NCBI GenBank assembly: GCA_048213135.1 | Contig: PS015022.1 | Coordinates: forward strand, 294,915 to 325,629 | Source of the DNA: Reclinomonas americana ATCC 50394 | Lineage: Eukaryota | Length of the DNA: 30,715 nt | Direction: 5' to 3' | Shown: in pieces, positions 22,163-30,715 of the stretch | Layout: each line of letters starts with the position of its first letter | Numbering within the stretch: position 1 is the first letter of the stretch | Notes under the pieces: generated by a model | What the model saw: the letters and a program-made list of their open reading frames with translations, nothing else | Databases searched by the model: none | Told to the model about the DNA's origin: nothing | Program-made: the position numbers and the translations under genes

Positions 22163-25100
22163 CTAAAAGAAATCGTCAAACAAGTTCTGTGTGGCGGCAC
22201 ACGCATGCAAGTGAGTGAGTGAGCAGTTCAGCAAGAGCAGCGTGGAAAGGAGACACTGACCTGCGAAGCAGCGGGTTTCGGAGGCTGCGCCGCCGCCGCC
22301 GCTGCGGGTTTGGGAGGTTGCGCCGCGGGGCCAGTCGCGGGCTTGGCGGGCATTGGCGGACCAAAGTCGTCGGCAAAGTCACCGAAACTCGACGCAGCCG
22401 CGGGGGCGACGGCGGCCGGTGGAGCGGCGGTGGCCGGCTTGGGCATTGGTGGGCCAAAATCGTCGGCAAAGTCGTCAAAGCCACCACCACCGCCACCACC
22501 GGCTGGAGCTGGTGGCTTACTGGCCGCTGCCGGCAAGGGCTTGCTGGCCGGAGCCGCTGGCATTCCAAAGTCGTCGCCAAAGGCAAACGAGCTGGCGGGC
22601 TTGGCGGCAGCGGGTGCCGGTGCTACTGCAGCCGCTGCTGGTTTCGTCGGCGCCGGGCCAAAGTCGTCGCCAAAATCGAATCCACCGCCGGGCGACGCAA
22701 CAGCCGCCATCGCCGGCACCGACGATGGCGGTACGGGTGTCGCGTGGTGGGAGGCAGGCTTCGCAGCAGGCACAGGTGCCGGACCAAAGTCATCACCAAA
22801 GTCAAAAGCGCCGACAGCAGGCTTGGCGGCGGCGGCAGGAGCGGGTACTGCGGCACCACCAGCCGGCTTCACCGGCGCCGGTCCAAAGTCGTCGCCAAAA
22901 TCGAAACCACCACCCGGCGACGCCACATTGGCCACCACCGTTGAGGCTGTACGTGCGGGTGCTGCCGCTGCTGCCGAGGCGGGCTTGCTGCTGATGCCGA
23001 AATCGTCGCCAAAGTCGAACCCACTGCTGCTGCTGCTGCCGCCACCCTTGCCACCATTGTTGGCCATCGGTGCCGGTGCCGAGGCTGCCTTGTTCTTCAT
23101 GCCACTGCCCATAAAGAGGTCGTCGTCCAGCGACGAGACTGCAGTTGTGACCGCCGCCGTTATTGGCGCCTTGCTGGCCGTCACACCAAAGAGACTGCTG
23201 CCAAAGTCCAGCGTGGGAGCCCCAATTGAAGGCGGCGGTGTAATCTTGGTCGGTGTCGACAGAGGCGAATCGAGGTTGACGTCAAAGTCGAGGCTCGACG
23301 TGCTGGTGTGATGCTGCAAGGGCAGTGCGCCACCAAAGGCCACTCGTCCCGCGCCCGCATGCCCACCAATGCCGTCTCCGGACTGCGATGGGAGGAAGGT
23401 GAGCCACGTGATACAAGGAGAGGGCGTGTCATTATTCTTCATGCAAACCTTTGGTGGACCGCCGAAACCCCTGCACATGAAGACACAAAAGGTAAGTCGC
23501 GAGAGAATTATGATCGACATGCTGGTGCAGACGCGACGCAACATGTCGCCGAATGAGACACTGGGCCGATGATCGCCAGCGGCACCACCACTGCAATTCA
23601 ACGCATGAGAAACCAAACTGCAGTGCAAGGCGACATAGAGAACGCCGCGCAACTCGGGTGGTGCGTCAGCCTTGGAAGAGCCGTTGCCGCCACGTCCGCC
23701 TCCAACGGACGACGAGCCAGTGGCCGCATTGTGTGCCAGGGAACCCGTGTGTTCCGAATTGAGTGCAAGGAACGAGCGCAAGTCTTCCCACAGCGAGAGG
23801 TATTGCTGCTTGGTAAAGTTCTCGACAAAAGCGCCCGGGTCGGTGCGAGCCCTCTTGTCGGTGGCACTGAACACGCTCTGTTGCAAGTGGAAAATCGACT
23901 CGTCGCCTGCGTCGAACTTATGTCAGGCACGACCAACAACACAGAGCGAATGGCGAAAAAAACACCAACCGAGAACACGAATGTTGGTGAAGAGGCCGTT
24001 GGTGAGGTCATTGAACCACTCGTAGAATCGGTCGCGGAACACGGCCAGAATGCGCCACGACGGACCACGAATCTCCCATCGCAGTGTGAACGACGCTCGT
24101 CTCCGTGCATCCTGCCACAGTCGATGAGCACACTGCTTTGGGTACGAGAAAATGAAAGGGGAAAAAAGAGACGCACCGGCGCCACCATCGCGCCGAGGAC
24201 TTCGGTACCCTGCATAAACATGTAGACGGGTTCGCCGAACCACGTGCTCGACGCGAATGACATCTGTCGATAACAGAAGAGTATGTTACTCAACCATTCT
24301 GTCTGCATTCGCACGAGCCACATTACATACCTGCACTCCGATGCCGTTCATGTACACGCGCTCAATGACAGTCTCGAACGGCGACTCCCACAGAGCGTCG
24401 ATCAGCAGGTCGATGACCTGCATGTGTGTTTCACATGTCAGCTACTTCTCACCAAGAAACACACAAGCCCACTGAATGACCTTTTCTGCCGGGCAGTCGT
24501 CCTCGTCGCCCAGAACCAGCGGCAAGTCAGCCTGTCACACCACCAAGCACATATGAGCACACACTTTGTGCGCAAAATTCCCTCTCTCTTTCTCCCTCGC
24601 CATACGTAACCTGCGCGGTAAAAGCGGCCGGCAAGCGGGTCCACACGCGGAGGAAATCGGCCGGCGTCGCCGTCACCAACGGTTTCAGCAGATCGTTGAC
24701 CGTCATCTTCAGCGGCTGACAGCGGACAGTGATGGTATCGGCATCGTCACGCGCCAGCACGTCGGAGAACGAAGCATCGCTCTCGCTCTGCGGCGCCGCC
24801 GTGGTGAGGTTGCGACCGTTCGACGCGTGGAACGTGAGCACCAGATGGAAGGCGTTGTCGGCCCAACCACCGACAATGTAGGTCCACTCGCAGATGCACT
24901 GGGCGCCGACGTCGAGCTTGGCGAGACTCTGTGGAGAGGGAGAGGGAGAGGGAGAGGGAGAGGGAGAGGGAGAGGGAGAGGGAGAGGGAGAGGAGAGGAG
25001 AGGAGANNNNNNNNNNNNNNNNNNNNGGGGGAAGGGAGAGGGAGGGAGAGGGAGGGAGAGGGAGGGAGAGGGAGGGAGGGAAGCGTGAGAATAGAGCGGG

Positions 25101-25333
25101 AAGAGAGAGAGAGAAGTGGGAATACATGCACTCGAGAGGACAGAAAATAGAGACAGACACAAGAAAGAGAGCACGAGAGAGAAAGGGAAGAGAAGAGAAG
25201 CGAAGAGGGAGAGAGAGAGCGCGCGCGTGAGAACGAGAGTCCGAACTCGTATAGGGAGAGAAAAAAGTGAACAACAGACAAACAGATACGCACGCTCCGG
25301 AAAGGAGCAAGAGAGAGGAAGGGAGAAGGGAAG

Positions 25334-25372
<39 letters not shown>

Positions 25373-28300
25373 GGACAGACACTCGCACAGGGAGAGAAAG
25401 AAGAGAACACACAATCAGACACATGAACACGCAGAGAGGAAAAGGAGAAAAGTGATGGAGAGAGAGTGTTGACACAAAACACAAGCACAGAGAGAGAGAG
25501 AGAGAGAGAGTGAGTAGCACAACGCACCACTTCCGATCGTGCCGGATGGCAAGTGTAGCGAGCCTCCACAGACACTGGATCCGACGGTGCCGAGACGCAC
25601 TTCCAAGCACCACGCACACCGCTCAGACCGGCATCGATGCCCAAACCCACAGCCTCAGCCGCATCTGCGTGATGGTGCAACTCGCTGCCGCCGAGGCGGC
25701 TGCTCATGTTGTCGAATCCGCCAGGTCGCGGAACACCCGTGGGCCTGTGAACATTCGAGGTCAGTCAACAGCAACCATCGCTGCCACACTGGTGTGAGCA
25801 AAACAAACGCAACATGGAACTGCGCGAGATCTGTCGCTCGTTGACCACACGGTTGAGTGTGCGCACGAGTCGCGGGACACCCACTGCGCCACCCTGCTCC
25901 TCATCAATGCGCATCTGCTCGGCTTGCACTCGCGCCAACAGGTATTCATCCTCTGCACACCAAGCAAAAAGAAGTTTCAGCTCCCAACAACACAAAAGTC
26001 ATCGTTGCCTTCCTCTACCACTCACCAGTGGTTGACGGATTAAAGGAAAACACGGGATGGTCGCAGGTGAGAGGCTCGCCTGCCACCTCCGACACCCATG
26101 AAGGGTCGTTGCGGTGTCGCTCCATTGACGTAATGCGCCGGAGTCCTCGCGAGAACACTTGATGGAAGAGCACAGAAATGTGCACCGACGACAGGAAGAA
26201 CTCGAGGATGGAGCGCGCCTCGCTAATGACCGGCAGACAGCGCGAGCACACCACCACAATGTCGTCGACGAGTGCCTCGGTGCGGAATGAGTTGCCGCCT
26301 TGCTTCACCACAAAGGTGATTTCGTCGCGGAGCAGGCGCAGGACTTCAGCGCCGACCACTGTGGCGGGAGGGGGAAGGGAGGGTCAAATGGGGGGATAGG
26401 GGGGAAGGGGAACATGATTGAGTCGCGCGAGCGAGGGACAGGAGAAAAAAGATGTATGGCCAGACAGACACACAGACAGTAAGAGAGGGAGAGAGAGGGA
26501 GAGAGAGGGAGAGAGAGGGAGAGAGAGAGAAGGAGAGAAGGAGAGGGAGAGAGGAGAAGGGGAAGGGGATTGGTGAGCCACGATGTCGAGGGATACAAGG
26601 AACACCACACAAAGAGACAACAAGGGCATGCACAAATACGCAGATGGAAAGAAAGAGAGAAAGAGAGAATACGAGTAGACAGAGACAGGCAGAGAGATAC
26701 GCGATCGAGGGATGAAAGAATGACATGACACTAGGCGCACCCACATTGGGAGGGAGAGAGAGGGGGGAGAGTGAGGAGGATTCGATGACAGCGAGGGATG
26801 GAATGACATACACAAAGAGACGACAACAGGACGTGCACGCATACGGCTTCGCGTGAGTCACATGATGGAGGGTAGGAGAAAGATATACACAGATACGACA
26901 ATAGAACATGCACGAGAAGGTACGAAAGAGAGAAAGAGAGTAGGGGACTTGCGCGGGTCACGATACTTACGAATAGGAAAACATGTACACAAAGAGACTC
27001 ACATACACAGAGAATGAAAGAAAGACTAAGAGAAGAAAGGAGTGGGATTTGCGAGCCATGTAATCGAAGGAGGAGAAAAACATACACATCACGTGCACAC
27101 ATACAAACACACATGGAAAGAACACACATATGCACAGCACCGAAAGACGCAACATTGACCACTCGAATCATCATGCAAATCAGCGTAGTGCGCCACGACG
27201 CCCAACGCCGTCACACGAGTATGCTCATGCGCTGCACGACCGGGTGCCTGCAGTGCCCACACAATGGGCGGCAGCAGCGTGTCGAGTACGCGGTTTCGTC
27301 TCTGTGGGTGGCCGGGAATGTCAACAACAGAAGAAGAAGGATGGCACAGACACGAAAGGCGAGGTGGACGCACTGAGTCGCGACCGTGTTGCACCGTGGC
27401 CACACGCACGCACGTGCGCAGCACGGTCTGCACGCCCACCGCACTGTTCCAGCGGATGACGCGCACACACAGCAGCGCGATTTGGCCGGCTGTTGCACAC
27501 ACGCACGGTTAGTGGTCGTAAGAGAAGCACTGGCCGGCGCACAGCACAGAACGCACCAACAGTGGCCCACACATCAGTCTCCACTCCAGGCACGGCCGGC
27601 AGAAGCATCTCCGCAGCCTCGCACACTGAGCAAATGGCATCGTCGCCAAACGCACCATTGCTGCACACCGCACAGCATCATGAGCGCGACAAGACGACTG
27701 CATACGAGCTCATGCATGATAATCACGCACCCGCCCTCCCACAGGTACTGAATGGATGGATCGGCAAACAGGTCATCAATCACAGAGGATTGCTGCTGTT
27801 GCTGCTCGTCTCCCGACGATCCCGACGACGACGCAGCACGACGATTGGGCTTGGGTGCGCCGCCCGGTGAGAACTCACTGGCTCCCATGGCGCCACGCAG
27901 GTGGGCCACTCGACGGGTGCTGGTGGCTTGCTTGCCCTGTGCGAGAAGGTGAGGAGGGAGGGTACAGAGCAACTGCGCCGAATCTTCACAAACGGGTGAA
28001 CCTTGCGATCCTGTCGACGCGATTGTGGCTGATCGTTGATGGTGTCGGCCATGAGATCATCAATGGCTCTGCAACGGCCGCCACCAGAGGATCGTCAGCA
28101 AAACGATGTGCACATCGCCCTCTCCAAAACAACGAAACTTGCGAATAATCATGGTAAACGCCTTGCGGAAGGCATACAGTCGCACAATGCGCTCCTCGGC
28201 CTCGTCGTCAGAGAACTCGGCACCACCGACAAACTCCCGTCGGTGGCAGTAGCACATGACGGAGAGCATGTGCACAGCAATCGCGTAGCGGTACTGCTCG

Positions 28301-29941
28301 GGAATGTAGTGCAGCACCGAGGCTGTGTGCTTGAGAATGCCGTTCAGCACGAAGCGCGAGTCCGGTCGGCGTGCCACGTCCAGCAGGCCCGACACGCTGG
28401 TGTACACCCAGCGGCCTGTGGGGGAGACGAGTGAGGGGAAGAGATGGGGGAGAGGGGGGAGGAGGGGAAGGGAGGGGAGGAGTGGGGGAAGAGTGGGGGG
28501 AAGAGTGAGGGGAAGAGAGGCGGAAGAGATGGGGGGAGAGAAGGGTAAGAGATGGGGAAGAGAGGGGGGAGAGAAGGGGGGAGAGAAGGGGGGAGAGAAG
28601 GGAAGAGGACGGGGAGAGAAGGGGGAAGAGAGGGAAGAGAGGGGAAGAGAGGGAAGAGAAGGAAGAGAGGGGAAAGCATGGGGAGGAGCATGGGGAAGAG
28701 AAAGGGGGAAAGAGAAAGGGGGAAGAGGAGGAAGAGAGAAATGAGGGAAGAGAAACGAGAAAGATTACAAGGAAGGAGGAAGACAAGCGATAAGGGACAG
28801 GAGGGACAAGGAGGGGAATGGTCGTCAAGTAATTTCACAGTACAAGCCTCCATCGCGACAGCAAGAGCGAGTGATGACACATGATCCTGTATATCCACTG
28901 CACTCACCAGAACCGCTCTCCGACCGACCACTGACAATCTCTGCAATCGCCAGGGAGCTCTCGTACACGAGACTCTCGCTCTCTACACACGACAGCTGCG
29001 GAATGACAAACTCCTCGACCAATTCGCTCGCTGCGGGTGATGCGTCTGTCAGCTGCCACGCACATACATGCCCAGCAAAAAAACGAGAAACTCTCCACGC
29101 ACCCTCAATGAAATTCGGCAGCAGTGTGAGATCTTCGTCACCACGCGAGCTCTCCTGAATCACCGCCACACGCGCCAGTGGCCACACACACGAGTGGCGG
29201 AGGGCAGACGGCAGCGCACGAACACGATCGACCAGATCGCGGAATCGTTGTGACACGCAGTCGGCAATCACACCCTCGAGACTCAGCGCCTTTTTCACCG
29301 TGTCCCTACACATACGAGCCTGGTCAGCACACGCTGGAGGAGCATCACAACGTCTTCCAACGCAACGGTGCTGGGTCGTTGCGAAGGAGATTCTTGAGGT
29401 CCATCAACGCGTTGCGGATGGCCGCAAATGCAGCATTGCACACATTGTCGTCGCCGTCGGCCAGACGCTCACACAAGATGGTCAGCACGCGCGCCGGCAT
29501 CCATTCCTGCACGTTGCGCGTGTCGGCCGCCAGCTTCATTCTGTCGGCGCCGGCCTCGAACGTCATGCCCGGCGTTGCACCATCCTTTGATTAGTCAGTC
29601 AGTCAGGGACAGGGCGTGAGAGAGAGAGGAAGGTGGGGGAGGAAAGAGACTCAACTTGCGCGCCGGTGAGTTTGGTGGCCATGAGGCCTGTGTCGAGCGA
29701 CGAGCCCGATGGTGTGCGCACGTGCCACACAATGTAGACGCGCATCAAGTCGGTGACGGCGAGACTGTGGGGAGTGAGAAGGGGGAAGGAGAAGGGAGAG
29801 ATGGAAGGGAAGGCATAAGACAGGGAAGCGAAGAGAGGGAGAGAGAGAGAGCGCGCGTGTGAGTGCGTGCAAGGAAGCCTGACAAGCTCACTGGAGGTGA
29901 ACGAAGAAACGAAGCAGCGTAGAACAGAGTGAGGGATGCAG

Positions 29942-29980
<39 letters not shown>

Positions 29981-30669
29981 TAGGAAGCGAGAGGATGTGT
30001 GCGCGTATGCAAGCGCATGCCAGCTGGTGAACGACGAAGACGTGCATAGAACAGAGTGAGTGACGGAGCAAGAGAGAGACACGCACAGGAGAGAGAGGAC
30101 GTGTGACAAGAAGACAGACAAGCGATTAAATGATGGCGAATCGCGAAGCGGAAGCGGTGACGGGGCAGAGCAAGAGGGAGACACGCACAGAGAGAGAGAG
30201 AGGACGTGTGCGCGTATGCAAGCTGGTGAACGATGAAGAGGCAGCAGAGATGGGAGAGAAAGAGAGACAAGCCTCGAGTGCGTGTATCAGAAGCCGAACG
30301 AAGATTAGGGTGTGGCGAGGAAGCGAGGCAAGGAAGACTAGCGCATGGCAGATGGTGGATCACGAGAAGGAAACAGAGATGGGAGAGACAAGCCTCGAGA
30401 GCGTAGGACAGTAAACGAACGATGAAGAGCGCGTGGCAATGAAAGGAAGACAAGTGCCCATCTGCCATCCATCGCCCACCCATCCGCACCGAACAAAGGG
30501 CATCGGGTGCCGACTGCTCGACACGAGCTCATCCATGAGACTGGCCAGCGACAGCTCCCACGCGCCACGATGCGCATCCGGAGCCGCACTCAGCGCACGC
30601 AGCGCGCACACGCGGATCTCAGCATTGTTGCTACGAATGTCGCGCATAAACACGCGAAACATGCGGTCC
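22163..30669 (-). CDS. TPLATE: TPLATE (beta-adaptin-like large subunit of the TSET/TPLATE coat complex); 5' end beyond the window
   Basis: Collinear segments resemble plant TPLATE as recalled: RDIRSNNAEIRVCALRAL; ERLADGDDNVCNAAFAAI; DLVDRVRALPSALRHSCVWPL; WKCVSAPSDPVSVEARY (cf. WRTLTGSSDPCYIEAY); TVRCQPLKMTVNDLLKP..TPADFLRVWTRLPA (cf. LRCQPYKIPLTELLLP..PVEFFRLWPSLPA); STWFG; WFNDLTNG (cf. WCDDLTDG). Last exon 22163-22186 reads NLFDDFF*. Confidence 0.82.
24934..25510. repeat. GA-rich low-complexity intron of TPLATE
   Basis: (GAGAGG)n and (GA)n tracts; includes the 20-N gap 25007-25026. Confidence 0.9.
26365..27130. repeat. GA-rich low-complexity intronic region of TPLATE
   Basis: Purine-skewed sequence with (GA)n tracts between coding exons. 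Confidence 0.8.
28420..28820. repeat. Nearly pure polypurine tract (GGGGAGAGAAG-like units), intronic
   Basis: About 400 nt almost entirely G/A on the + strand. Confidence 0.9.
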
Positions 30670-30715
30670 CTGTGGCATGGAAAACAAACGCACAGAGAGA
30701 GAGAGAGAGAGAGAG

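Larger units (their letters stand above)
3415..25026. other. Assembly gaps: 3415-3655, 5564-5583, 8797-9341, 10351-10370, 11822-11982, 14928-15655, 25007-25026
   Basis: N runs; the three 20-N gaps are probably placeholder sizes. Confidence 1.

Noticed and set aside
13584-22165. Genome-wide UAG reassignment as the explanation of the gag-pol stop (the TPLATE TAG is also followed by in-frame WDD*)
   Set aside because: More than 1400 NLR codons and the other long ORFs contain no in-frame TAG. The standard code is the simpler reading, though it is not formally excluded.
19851-28946. Poly-L/S/P/E/R ORFs in the ORF track
   Set aside because: They are translations of intronic microsatellites.

Overview
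Eukaryotic, intron-rich, gene-dense scaffold, probably from a protist. A TSET/TPLATE subunit argues against animals or fungi. It has seven N-gaps. The backbone is six alternating-strand genes with intergenic spacers of about 40-95 bp: (+) a STAND/NLR-like protein (putative Ubl - HEPN - NACHT - pentapeptide - WD40); (-) QTRT2, the accessory subunit of queuine tRNA-ribosyltransferase; (+) a secreted repeat-rich structural protein; (-) and (+) two hypothetical proteins; (-) TPLATE with an acidic FDFGDDFG-repeat tail. QTRT2 occurs in two pieces (15656-16937 and 5083-5614) sharing a duplicated 31-bp overlap. The ~10 kb between them holds a NACHT paralogue fragment with templated-insertion scars, a lower-GC ABCG half-transporter gene whose intron contains a DIRS-type tyrosine recombinase, and a DIRS-like gag-RT/RNase H element. 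In that element gag and pol are in frame, separated by one TAG, and followed 7-8 nt later by a long stem-loop, which is a candidate programmed stop-codon readthrough signal. All homology calls come from motif recognition by eye. Exon models are manual and the gaps limit structural conclusions.
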